A DNA stretch of 64,000 nucleotides from Eledone cirrhosa (lineage: Eukaryota). Location: NCBI GenBank assembly GCA_964016885.1, contig OZ024742.1, positions 308,698,001-308,762,000 of the forward strand, in the 5' to 3' direction. The position numbers and the translations under genes were made by a program. Below are positions 13,312 to 26,613 of the stretch, piece by piece. The notes beneath the pieces are model-generated. The model did not search any database, had not been told where the DNA came from, and saw only the letters and a list, made by a program, of their open reading frames with translations. Position 1 is the stretch's first letter, and every line of letters starts with the position of its first letter.

Positions 13312-14179
13312 TACCTATCTTCCGGCCTCTCTAGAGAATCGTAAAAGCACATATCGTTATATGCTTTTTCTATGAAAATTAGTAGTGGGCAGAATAATTT
13401 GCATAGAGCGTGAGTACGTACCGGTTCAACGGAGACGATAAAAACAAACGAAACGAAAGACCAGATACCTCAAGACAGTGCAAGCAATAACTAAAATAAG
13501 TTATTGGGGTAAAAAGAATTGGGACAAAAAGAAAGAGACATGTAAACAAACAGAATGGTAAGGCAACGCAAAGAGAGGAAGATGAGAAAGCAAGTCTGTG
13601 ATACATTGTGAACTTAAGTTCTAGCAAATCAATGACGAGAAGAACAGACGCGTCCAAACCTAGCGAAATGTGAGCGAGAAAAGGATTTCACACAGGTCAG
13701 ACGGGAGGAAGTGAGAGAGGGGGAGTAGCAGAGAGTGAGTGATTGAAATTGTGAGGAAGAGGCCAGCTGAGAGAGGGTGACCAGCAGAAGGGGGTGAATG
13801 AAAGTAAGAGATACAAGGAGAGAGAAGGGGGAGAGAGGAAGAGGATAGCAGTAAGGTAATAGAAACACACAGGTCACAGCGAAGGGAAAAATATATATGA
13901 ATGAAAACTCGTCATTGATTTGCTAGAACATAAGTTCACAATGTATCACTGACTTTCTTATCTTCCTCTCTTTACATTGCCTTACCATTCTGCACCCAAT
14001 TCTTTTTATCCCAATAACTTATTTTGGTTATTGCTCGCACTGTCTTGAGGTATTTGGTCTTTAATGCGAAGAAATACCGATGATAGCCAGAAGATCACTG
14101 ATAATGGATAGTCCTGGTTTCTTGCTCTATTTTTTTATTTTCACTTGTATCATATTCGCAACAACGCAGCACGCCATTT

Positions 14180-14220
<41 letters not shown>

Positions 14221-14223
<3 letters not shown>

Positions 14224-14390
14224 AAAACAGTCAGGACCCCAACGAGTTCGGATCAAGCTGTCGAAACGGCCGGAGCTCAGCTATCGTGGTCCTGATTATT
14301 TTCCTATTACCCACTACTACTCTAAGTATCGAGTACTCTGGTGCGTTATGGTCCACCTGGTATATCTTACCACACCTTCATTGTTATATA
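14221..14390 (+). repeat. Short foldback relic of the Naiad-like pLTR 3' end (family also at 24540-24730, 37586-37780, 37960-38055, 57915-58055, 58765-58900)
   Basis: Shared ...GTCGAAACGGC..GAGCTCAGC..TCG.GGTC...CCTATTACCCACT..TAAGTAT.GAGTACT.TGGTGCGTTATGGTCCA.CTGG, flanked by (TA)n. Confidence 0.7.
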
Positions 14391-14400
14391 TATATACATA

Positions 14401-17400
14401 TTGGGATGATTTTGGGCGGCACAAGTATCAATGTGTTCACTCAGTGGTATTTTCCTGTATTCCCGTATTTTAATTTGGGATCTATGGACAGTCATGCGTT
14501 GGTGGAGGCTGTTTTTAGTCTGGCCTATGTATTGTTCTAGACAACCGGCGCAAAATAAATTTTTTACATTCACATGACCTCTACCGACCAATCAAAATTG
14601 TTTTGACCACAAGAATTTTTGCAACACCAAAGTAGCGCTGGAGCCACTTTTTTAACATAAAAACAGGTAGAATTCCCAAAATTAATCAGATCAGAGCAAA
14701 CAACACGGACACTCTATCTCAAAATTATTTTTGAAAAGCATTTAGAAATGCGCAACCGGTAAAAACTTAAAAACTTAAAACCACAACTGAATACTAACCC
14801 ATACAATTACTAATACTCTTTTATTCCTAATTAAACTATTTTTTCAACTGTGAACAATTTGTCAGCATGTTCTATTCCGTTTACCAATATATAATAACTT
14901 GTGTGTTACACCTCTATTCTTTTAACTATCATATCCTCACACGAGATACAGAAAATGCCAACAAAAACGGATACAACCCTCATCAACAGAAATGAAGAGA
15001 TCCTACAGGAACTCAAGAAAATCAACACCAACCTATCTTTGCTGGTCGACAAACTTGACTCCACAAATAAGGAAACCGCCACCGGATACAAACCCTCCGA
15101 AATCGGCGACAAACTCCAAAACCTTTGCGATACTATCCAAACTATGTTCACTACTACCAACCCAGGAAAAACCAACGAAGAACCATGTGAGATTGATTCA
15201 TACAAAATGAAAATTCGAACAATTCCAAAATCGAACAAATCCCTCAGAGACAGAAAGTTCTCATTCTGGAAAATGATACCAAATCACAACAAAGCGGAGA
15301 TATATGAAAAATGGCTTAACTCAACCCCTCTAACTCTCCCCCGTAAACTACAAATAAAGTCCATTCCAAATGAACCCGAACCTCAAAGACACCTTAGGGA
15401 AAGAATGGCATTGGAAAAAATGAAGACAGAAATTGAACTTCTTAAATTGAGGGCCCAGACAAATGAGGAAAAAATCAAAACCGTCGATGAAGAGATCCTC
15501 CTGGAAATCAACAATAAAACTGAAGGCCCCAAGGTAGAGAAGATCTCCAAATTATGGAAAGGGGACTGCAACAGAGAAGAACTAAAATCCCTTCAACGCT
15601 GGGAAAAAAGTGCCGCTTGATTCCTACACTATGAATCGACTTTTCAAACGGATTACACCTCCAATAACCCGTTCATAAAAATAGGAAAACCCATAACTGA
15701 ACCGCACAAAAACTTCTCAAACCCCCAAGCCACTAACAAACGAAGAAGGAAGCACCACACCGAAGATGAACTTCCCAACCTCGCTACCATAAGAAGGAAC
15801 AAAAACCCAAGAAATCATCTCCCCCAGAATGACATTTACAACTTTCCCCCTTCAAGGAGACACCATACCAAATCACTCAACTACTACGCGGATGCCTCAT
15901 CGTCAAACATAGGGAAAAGATACCACCACCATGATAGATGTAACAACTTCCCCGCTTCAAGGGGACAGCAAGGTAATTACCATTTTCTCAACTCTCGCTT
16001 CCACAATACACAACAAACCCACACCACACGATACAACCAACAACGTAGGCCACTTATAACAACACAATACAACATGGCACATAGAAACACACACCCATAC
16101 TCGCAGTACAGGAACACCCCATTCAATCTACAACCACCAACCCGAACCACATTTTACAACAACAAGGAATATAACAAACACAGGAGACCACTTAACATCA
16201 GCAGACAACCCCTCTACCCCAACCATTTTTTAGACACAGCACACAGATACAGCCAAACAAAATAACACAAGACAGGGAGGCGAAACCGATAGTAATAAAA
16301 ATTATCAATCTTACTAGTGCAGAACCAACACCCAACCTTATCAACTTACTCTCCAAAGGTCTTAAATTCACCGTCCTAACTACTATGAAATGAAGGAAGA
16401 CATCACAGACTTCTGTAGAAAGTTACGACTTAGTGAACAACTATTCGACCAGTACAATGAGGATGAATCATTAGCCAGAAATAGAAGCAATTACACCCCT
16501 TCAAAAGGTAGAAATAAAATCCTGGACGAATTCTGTGAAGACATCACAAACTTCCCTTACCAACACTTGCACAGACAAAAACACAAGCCAAACCTCAACA
16601 AGAAAGAATGGGAAGAATTAAATAGATTAAAAACCGACAGAACCATTACAATTAAAGAGGATGATAAAGGGAGTACAGTAGTCCTAATGGAGACAGAATT
16701 CTATATCAACTTAGCGCTCTCCACTTTGGAAAACGAAACATACTACGAAAAGGCTGAACACTACAATCAACAGAAAATTATGAGAAACCTAAAAACTCTA
16801 ATCAACCAATACAAAGAAGGACTCACTAACAAGGAATTCAGCTTCATCACAGACTTCACAAGTAAATCCAGCCTTTTCTACGGTATCCCTAAAGTACATA
16901 AAAGCGAATTAATAAGTAAGGCATGCAAGGAAGCCACAGACATAGTCATCAATGTCCACTCACCCAATGATCTCAAATTAAGACCTATAATAGCAGGCCC
17001 CGCATGCGAAACCCACCGCCTTAGCAACTTCATTGATACCCTTCTCAAGCCCTTTCTCAAACACATCAAAAGCTATATAAGGGACGACCTAGATATGCTC
17101 AATCACCTCCCTAATATGCCACTTTCTGAACAAACCCTACTACTGACGTTCGATGTAGTCAACCTATACTCCAACATCCCCCACAACCTAGGAATAGAAG
17201 CTATCCAATTCTGGCTGGATAATTACCACAATGAACTCCCACAACGCATCAAAAAAGAATTCGTGATAGAGGGACTCAAATTTATCTTGGAGAACAATTA
17301 CTTCGTTTTCAATAACAAACCCTACAGGCAGAAATCTGGGACCGCTATGGGAATGAAAACAGCCCCCACTTATGCCAACCTAGTCATGGTATTCCTGGAA

Positions 17401-18656
17401 ATCACCCTCTACACTAAAGTCCTAAACAAATTTGGAAACACCCTCCACTTACACATTGAAAGGAACTGGAAGCGATATCTAGATGACTGCTTCATCCTTT
17501 GGCACGAAAACATCGAAAAACTTAAAGAATTTCACACCCTTATAAATGGGCTCAACACAAATATTAACTTCACGATGGAATACAGCCATCAACAACTCCC
17601 CTTCCTCGACATCCTCATTAAGATACATAACAACAAAATAGAAACAGACATATACTACAAGCCCACAGACTCCAAGCAATATCTTCCTTTCAACTCTTGC
17701 CACCCTAGACACGTTAAAATTAATATTCCCTACAACTTAGCCAAGAGAATCTGTACTATAGTCTCCAATAAAAACACCTGCTACTTACGGCTACAAGAAC
17801 TAAAGGACACACTTATAGGCAGGGACTACCCTGCATCACTAATTGACAATGGAATCCAACGTGCACTAAAACTCAGTACCCAGGACCTTAGACACCCTAA
17901 AGTAAATCAACCGAAACTAAAAGCTCTTCCATACATCTCCACACACAACCCCCTCAACAATGAGGCCTTTGACACCATCCTCCAGAACATCCCTGTGTTG
18001 AAAAAGGACCATAGAATGAACCAAATCCTACGAACACACGATATCATAAAGAGCAAAAGTCAATCCAAGTCAATGAAAAACATCCTAACACATGCCAAAG
18101 TACTGCCAACCACAACAACGAAACCCACAGTAAAAAAAATGCGATAGACCCAACTGTGGCATTTGCATCAACCTAATAGGGGGTTCGGAATTATATTTCA
18201 AAGAAGGACAACGTTTTATAGTAAAACACAATTTCACATGTGCATCGGAAAATCTAATATATGTATTAACTTGCTCAGGTTGTCGAGAACAATACATAGG
18301 CCAGACCAAAAACAGCCTCTGCCAACGCATGACTGTCCATAGATCCCAAATTAAAATACGGGAATACAGGAAAATACCACTGAGTGAACACATTGATACC
18401 TGTACCGCCCAAAATCATCCCAACTTCCGAATCTTTCCCCTCTACAAATTTAAAGATAATGCTACCCACACCCAGCGCATCAGCAAGGAATCTTACTTTA
18501 TTAACAAATACGGACCCCGTCTAAACACTTCTCCCTAAGACGAACCCACAACATACACACGTCAACATACATACCTACATCAGCACACATATCTACCCAC
18601 ATATAAACACAATGACATACGTAAACACACATGCTCTATGGTGCAACACAAAAAAA

Positions 18657-18706
<50 letters not shown>

Positions 18707-18900
18707 ATATATGTATATATATATATATATAGTGAATATCATTTCACACCTTTTATTGTTAAGAATTTTGATATTCTATTAAGAGAACCGATTTTACTGA
18801 AAATATCGAATAATGTACAGCATTTTACCAGGGGAAAAAAATACTGGTCCACCCACACACACACAAACACACACACACAATACACACACACACACACATT

Positions 18901-18972
<72 letters not shown>

Positions 18973-19152
18973 CACACACACACATACACACGCGTACATT
19001 AACATACAAAGAGACTTATACACACACACACACACACACACACTTCTCCGTATAAGACAAAAGCTGAAAAATATCTTTTGACATGCTAAAATACCCCCCA
19101 CTGCTTACAGACACATTCCTACTGACCATCCCGCTACCACGAATTACTCTGC

Positions 19153-19215
<63 letters not shown>

Positions 19216-19647
19216 TTGTTGTGAAAGAGTCATTTCTCAGTCTTGGCCACTTTTTTAACATAAACACAGTCTTGGCGCAAAATCAATTTTTTACATTTAC
19301 ATGACCTCTACCGACCAATCAAAATTGACCACAAGAATTTTTGCAACACCAAAGTAGCGCTGGAGCCACTTTTTTAACATACAAACAGGTAGAATTCCCA
19401 AAACTAATCAGATCAGAGCAAACAACACGGACACTCTATCTCAAAATTATTTTTGAAAAGCATTTAGAAATGCCAACCGGTAAAAACTTAAAAACTTAAA
19501 ACAACTGAATACTAACCCATACAATTACTAATACTCTTTTATTCCTAATTAAACTATTTTTCAACTGTGAACAATTTGTCAGCATTTTCTATTCCGTTTA
19601 CTAATATATAATAACTTGTGTGTTACACCTCTATTCTTTTAACTATA
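14401..19647 (+). mobile_element. Near full-length Penelope-like element (Neptune-like) with direct pseudo-LTRs and a 5' inverted segment
   Basis: pLTRs ~14547-14927 and ~19274-19647 are direct repeats; 14401-14546 is the reverse complement of 18278-18423. Long N-terminal frame, RT and GIY-YIG; (TA)n on both flanks. Confidence 0.9.
14956..18538 (+). pseudogene. PLE polyprotein: N-terminal region + reverse transcriptase (16390-18147) + GIY-YIG endonuclease, with stops/frameshifts
   Basis: LLSKGLKF, EDDKG, FYGIPKVHK, LRPII, TFDVVNLYSNIP, GTAMG, YLDD and LPFLD; then CDRPNCGIC linker and NLIYVLTCSGCREQYIGQT...RMTVH (GIY-YIG). Confidence 0.9.
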
Positions 19648-20504
19648 TATATATATATATAATTTCCAAAGCCGAAATACGATTCTCGCTAATTTATATT
19701 TGTATTAATCTCTAGAGTCTAGCTATTGACCAGTTAATTTTCTTGATTTTTTTTAGTTGATTCTATTGACGGATGAATAGCTTTTGATAACTTATAACCA
19801 CTCTGTTGAGTACTTAATTCGTTTTGTGATATTTTGCATATTTGCAATAATATACGCATACTGAATTCATCCGCCAAAAATAAGGGTTGCCTCACTTGTC
19901 GAGCCCACGTGGGTATTGGTAACGGTCATTCCTTAGCCTGGCACTTGAACTAAAACCTGTTGTTCTATCATCTTACCAGGAGCCTAACATTATTTGTCTA
20001 AGCGGACAGTACTTGATTTAGGAGTCGCAGAAACCCAAATGCTGGATTTTACCAAACATCCAGGGGTCCGGGTAAATTTTCAATCACATATTTTTTTATT
20101 TGGTCGTTTCTATGACTGTGCGGATGACGGTTTAACTATCATCTCAGTGTGTTTGGCCTTTAACGTATGTTGTAGCTCTGGTGCGCTTATGTTAGTAGAT
20201 ATATTAAATTATCTATATTTATCTCCAAATCACTGATTTGTCCAGCAAACCTGCCAAAACCACTTCTGAAAAAAAATTTGGGGGGGGGGTTTTAGTAGGT
20301 GTCAGTCATCTTACCATCCCATTCCTTCTGACTAGCCTCTGTGTCACGTGATTGTTTCTTTAGAATCGGCCATTTGACTAGAAGCAGTGAGGATTTCAGT
20401 ACATAGAATTCAGTCCTCGCCAGCTGTTCTATCTACCGAATTATTATTATTTTTATATGAGCCGCCAGTGTCCGCGCATTGCCTGGTGACTTAGCTGAGA
20501 ATAG

Positions 20505-20586
20505 ACTCCCTGATGACGCAATGAATTCTCGACAGTTGGATTACGTAACTGTCTTTATCCCATTGCAGAAACTAATTAGTTGGAGT
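20505..20586 (+). ncRNA. Type I hammerhead ribozyme with extended stem II
   Basis: ACUCC CUGAUGA c GCAAUG [..GACAGUU..AACUGUC..] CAUUGC a GAAAC uaauua GUU GGAGU, with palindromic ACUAAUUAGU. Lies in a ~558-bp partial tandem unit (20177-20212 repeated at 20736-20769). Confidence 0.8.
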
Positions 20587-20910
20587 GAAAATTTAAGTAA
20601 GTAAGTAAAAAATTTTTTTTTTAATTTTTTGAAAAAGATTTTCTTATCTTACGTCTTTTATATTATTGTTCTGCATCCTCCTGCATTGAACCACCTAGGT
20701 ACTATGACATAACCTGTGTATTTGCTGGCGTGCATCTGTGCGCTTATGTTAGTAGATATATTAAATTATGTATATATATATATATGTATATATATATATG
20801 TATATATATATGTGTGTATATGTATGTGTATATGTGTGTATGTGCATATATATATGTATATATATATATGTGTGTATGTATGTATGTATATATGTGTATA
20901 TATATGTGTG

Positions 20911-21009
<99 letters not shown>

Positions 21010-21078
21010 GTGTTTATATATATATATGTATGTTTGTATGTATATATATGTATGTTTGTATGTATATTTATGTGAGTA

Positions 21079-21121
<43 letters not shown>

Positions 21122-21124
21122 ATG

Positions 21125-21175
<51 letters not shown>

Positions 21176-21255
21176 ATGTATATATATATATATATATATT
21201 AAGAGAGTAAAACAAAGAATCCTTTAATCTGCCGATATTACCTCTTGTTGTTTTG

Positions 21256-21300
21256 ATTGCCCTGATGAGTCCTTAATAGGACGAAACATTGTCGGCTAAT
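21256..21300 (+). ncRNA. Minimal type I hammerhead ribozyme inside a 31-bp inverted repeat (21198-21228 / 21316-21346)
   Basis: auuGCC CUGAUGA GUCC uuaaua GGAC GAAAC auu GUC GGCuaau: canonical core, GUC triplet. Confidence 0.88.
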
Positions 21301-21653
21301 AAAAACTTTTGATGTATTAAAGGATTCTTTGTTTTACTCTCTTAATTTTTTGGCTCTGTTTAACTGCATTGAGCTATACCTTTTACTGTCATTTCTATAA
21401 TACGAAGAGGGTGTTTGACTCAAACACGCTCCAGTATTCTAATCCTTATATATATATATATATATATTTGTGTATGTGTTTATGTATTTTGTATATGTGT
21501 ATATATATGTGTGTATATATGTGTATATATATGTATATATGTGTATGTAGATGTGTTTGTATATGTTGTATATATGTGTATATTTATATGTATGTATGTT
21601 TGTATATATGTATATATATGTATGTGTATATATATGTATATGTGTATGTATGT

Positions 21654-21684
<31 letters not shown>

Positions 21685-21733
21685 ATGTGTATGTATGTGT
21701 ATATATATATATATATATGTATGTATATATATA

Positions 21734-21771
<38 letters not shown>

Positions 21772-21774
21772 GTG

Positions 21775-21805
<31 letters not shown>

Positions 21806-21886
21806 ATGTATGTATATGTATGTATATATGTGTTTATATGTATGTATATGTATGTGTGTATGTGTATATATGTGTATATATATATA

Positions 21887-22354
<468 letters not shown>

Positions 22355-22429
22355 GTGTGTATGTATATATGTATGTATATGTATGTGTATGTGTGTATGT
22401 GTGTGTATGTATGTGTATATAAGTATGTA

Positions 22430-22475
<46 letters not shown>

Positions 22476-22518
22476 TACCTACATATATACACATACATAC
22501 ACATATATATATATACAC

Positions 22519-22570
<52 letters not shown>

Positions 22571-22575
<5 letters not shown>

Positions 22576-23046
22576 ATATTAACAAATGGAAACTATATTT
22601 ATAAAACCATATTTATTTCATTATACATATTTCAAGGGCCACCTCAGCAAACTATAGTGCGCTTTCATCAGAAAACATTCCCTATTCCAACGGCTTAATT
22701 TAAATATACTATTTTTAAACCTTTCCAACACTAATTTACATAATAAACCAACAATAAATCTAATAACTCCACTATCCAGGAGATTCCAACCAGAATGGTT
22801 GCATTTTTTAAGGGTATGTCAATATTTATTTATAAAACTAACGTATATTATATTTTATCTGATGAAAGCGCACCATAGTTTGCTCAGGTGGCCCTTGAAA
22901 TATGTATAATGAAATAAATATGGTTTTATAAATATAGTTTCCATTTGTTTATATATTGTAAATTTACTCCAATAATTTATTGAGTGCTTTATATCAGTTA
23001 TAAAAATATTTTGCTTGTTGTATCCCAACAAATTAAATATAACCTC

Positions 23047-23050
<4 letters not shown>
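22571..23050 (+). mobile_element. PLE pLTR relic with inverted 5' arm (22571-22675 / 22855-22959)
   Basis: About 105-bp inverted arms, each with an HHR core; inserted between (TA)n tracts. Confidence 0.7.
22852..22915 (+). ncRNA. Type I hammerhead ribozyme (AUA triplet); truncated antisense copy at 22615-22678
   Basis: AUUUUAU CUGAUGA aagcgCACC..GGUGgcccuu GAAAU augu AUA AUGAAAU; 7-bp stem I. Homologue at 37343. Confidence 0.7.
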
Positions 23051-23126
<76 letters not shown>

Positions 23127-23299
23127 TGTGTGTGTATCTATGTGCATATATGTGTTATATATGTGTATGTGTATGTGTGTATGTTTATGTATGTATATGT
23201 ATGTATGTATATATATGTATATATATATATGTGTGTATATATATATGTGTATATATATATATATGTGTATGTATATGTGTATATGTATGTATATGTGTA

Positions 23300-23346
<47 letters not shown>

Positions 23347-23354
23347 TTGTATGC

Positions 23355-23386
<32 letters not shown>

Positions 23387-23850
23387 GTATGTATGTATGT
23401 GTATATATATATGTGTGCGTGTGTGTGTGTATGTGAATGTTTCTTAAGAGAAATATGACAATAATGATAGACATTCAATATTTTGAACTGGTTTATAGAA
23501 TTCTCTTGGCCTATGTCACTCTAAGTAGAGCTTTAAAGAATTAGCTTTTAAAGAATTTCTCTTTTCTTTAAATCCATCAACCATGACCGACCCACAACCA
23601 CCTTATAGACACCTGAAATATAGGCATTGTTAGCCTAAGAGAAACTTAAATATAAGGAGTGGCACCCCATTCCGAACCTGTTTATAGAATGCTTTCTGCC
23701 CTTGTCACTAAATATAAACTATAGACATAAAGAATTAGCTTTTAATGAATTCCCTTTTCTTTCAACCAATGACCTCCACCCATCCCACTCCCCACCCTCT
23801 CCTACCACCTGAAAAGATATAAATACCACTACATTTATTTTTGGAAAGCC

Positions 23851-23901
23851 AGATTCCTGATGATTTCTAAAGGATGAAACAGTTCTAGTCCTGTAGAATC
23901 T
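23851..23901 (+). ncRNA. Type I hammerhead ribozyme with weak stem II
   Basis: AGAUUC CUGAUGA uuuc uaaa ggau GAA ACAG uucuaguc CUGU A GAAUCU: 6-bp stem I, 4-bp stem III, GUA triplet, U-U at 10.1/11.1. Confidence 0.7.
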
Positions 23902-23982
23902 CATCTATATTAAAACTTTTATACTCTGCTATGTACTGAGTACTTTACTTACTGTGGTTAACTCCGACTCAACCCGGAATAA

Positions 23983-24128
<146 letters not shown>

Positions 24129-24405
24129 TGTGTGCAAGATCCTAGCTTATATATATTCTAATAGTAGTACTGATTTAATTACATCTACCATTGTTGAATT
24201 TTCTTCCCTACTCAGACGCGGGCACGCACATTAGATCTAAGGTACATACGACCTCAATCGAATAATATATACGACGCCACTCAGCGAAACATAGCTACTC
24301 CTACACATATCTATAGATCTGTTAGAATCAATATATAACAATATCGTTTTACTACTTTAAAAGAATCACATATCCATAGCTATAATATACATATATATAC
24401 ATATA

Positions 24406-24486
<81 letters not shown>

Positions 24487-24506
24487 GATATTAATAAATG
24501 AACTTT

Positions 24507-24543
<37 letters not shown>

Positions 24544-24893
24544 CGAGGGAAATGTGGTAAGGAACCAGGTGGACCATAACGCACCAAAGTACTCAATACT
24601 TAGGGTAGTAGAGTGGGTAATAGGAACGAGTAGGACCCCGACGGCTGAGCTCAAGCCGTTTCGACGGTAATTCAGAATTAGCCGTCGAATCGGCTTGAGC
24701 TCAGCCGTCGGGGTCTTACTTGTTCCTATATATATATATATATATGGAGACACAGAGAGGGATTTATTTATATATATAAACATTTTATATAAATATGTAC
24801 ATATATATATATTAAATATTCATTGTATATATACATACGCAAATATATATGTCTGTATGTGTTTATGTGTGTGCATACATATACATAGATGTG

Positions 24894-24924
<31 letters not shown>

Positions 24925-24935
24925 GTGTGTGTGCG

Positions 24936-25111
<176 letters not shown>

Positions 25112-25119
25112 CGTGTATG

Positions 25120-25162
<43 letters not shown>

Positions 25163-25248
25163 ATTTGTCAACTGTACTCATTCATAAAATATTTGTGCTT
25201 GTGTGCGGGTATATGTGAAGTTTACATTATATTTGTGTGTGTGTGTGT

Positions 25249-25354
<106 letters not shown>

Positions 25355-26514
25355 ATTTGTGTAGCTGTTTCCTTGCGCAAAAATCGAAAACCGCTTCTCT
25401 TTACCCCTTTTTCTCCTCCTCCACATTCTTTATCATACTCCATCTCCACCCTCCTCTCTCGCTTTTGATTCTCTTTCTCTCTCAGAACTTTTCACTTATT
25501 GTTGTTTGTTTGTTTTATTATTATTTATTATCGACTGTTTTCCACGTTCTATTTCCATACGAGGTGTATATTTGATATATATTTGTTTCTAACATTTACA
25601 CTGATTCCTCCTCTTACACATATGTTGTTATACGGCATGCCAATCTATGTAAAATTGTTTAGACAACAATTTAGTTACTAAATATATAATATTTATACAG
25701 TTATCGACAGAGCGGAAAATACTATATAATCAATGTAGTTGCCTGACTTTAGCGACATCAGTTCCTCATTGAAAGACGTAAATTCTTACGAAAATAAAAA
25801 ATAATAAACCTCGGGCCCCCATCATCGTCATTCTCTCCTTATCTTACTATATTTACATTATATGATCACACATCCCAGCCACCCTTCTATTAATTCATGC
25901 CTAAACCACCCACTCACCCTCACGCATGTATAATATTTCCTTAGTAATTAAATATCTATTGTGCTGAACAGTATTTCTTTTTTTTCAGTGTGTTTGTTAT
26001 TTTGTACATTACGGGGGGAAATTGCTTGCAGAAAGGGCCCTAAACACATAGTGGAATCGTAGGGGCACCGCTCTGAAACATGCTATGTTTGGGGTAGTTT
26101 TAAACCTAGACGATCCCATCCCTGACCAAGTCTGAACACAACCGATTTCTTCCAGGGAAAGAGAGAAAGCTAAAGAAAGTAATAGAGAACAAATTGAACC
26201 CAGTCCTTAACCTATTCTATTCAGTGGACCTTGAAATAATAGAAGGCAAAGGTGACCTTAGGGTGGGGTATGTATATATGTATATATATATATATATAAC
26301 ATTCGATTCGTTTGCAATTATACAAACAAGCCTCATTTTTTAACGCCATATCAATAGAATGAACCCTACATTCTAGCTCTTGTGCTGGCATGTAAACAGA
26401 ACTGCAGACACTAATGTTTCTGGGATTCACCCTTCATCAGTACAGCACACTGTTCACCTGCCAACTGTCAGAGCTAGTGAAAATATATGCTATTTTCGAA
26501 AATATACAGTGACT

Positions 26515-26613
26515 GATCGGCCTGATTTGCATATTAGCAGACTGGCTGGTCAGTCAGATCTGCATATTAGCAGATCCACTGATCAGCCAGATTTGCATAT
26601 CAGCAGACTGGCC
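26515..26613 (+). repeat. Three 33-bp tandem repeats carrying the octamer ATTTGCAT
   Basis: GATCGGCCTGATTTGCATATTAGCAGACTGGCT / GGTCAGTCAGATCTGCATATTAGCAGATCCACT / GATCAGCCAGATTTGCATATCAGCAGACTGGCC. Confidence 0.8.

Larger units (their letters stand above)
12044..13458 (-). repeat. Tandem array A: three 466-bp units, each with a hammerhead ribozyme (retrozyme-like)
   Basis: Units start at 12044, 12510 and 12976 (fourth stub at 13442) and are nearly identical. The array abuts (TA)n at its HHR-sense 3' end. Confidence 0.92.

Noticed and set aside
12230-13344. Three near-identical 60-aa ORFs (and the repeated minus-strand ORFs in 38019-41375)
   Set aside because: By-products of tandem repetition. 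They are antisense to the HHR, have no recognisable domain, and in array B the frame changes with (TA)n length.
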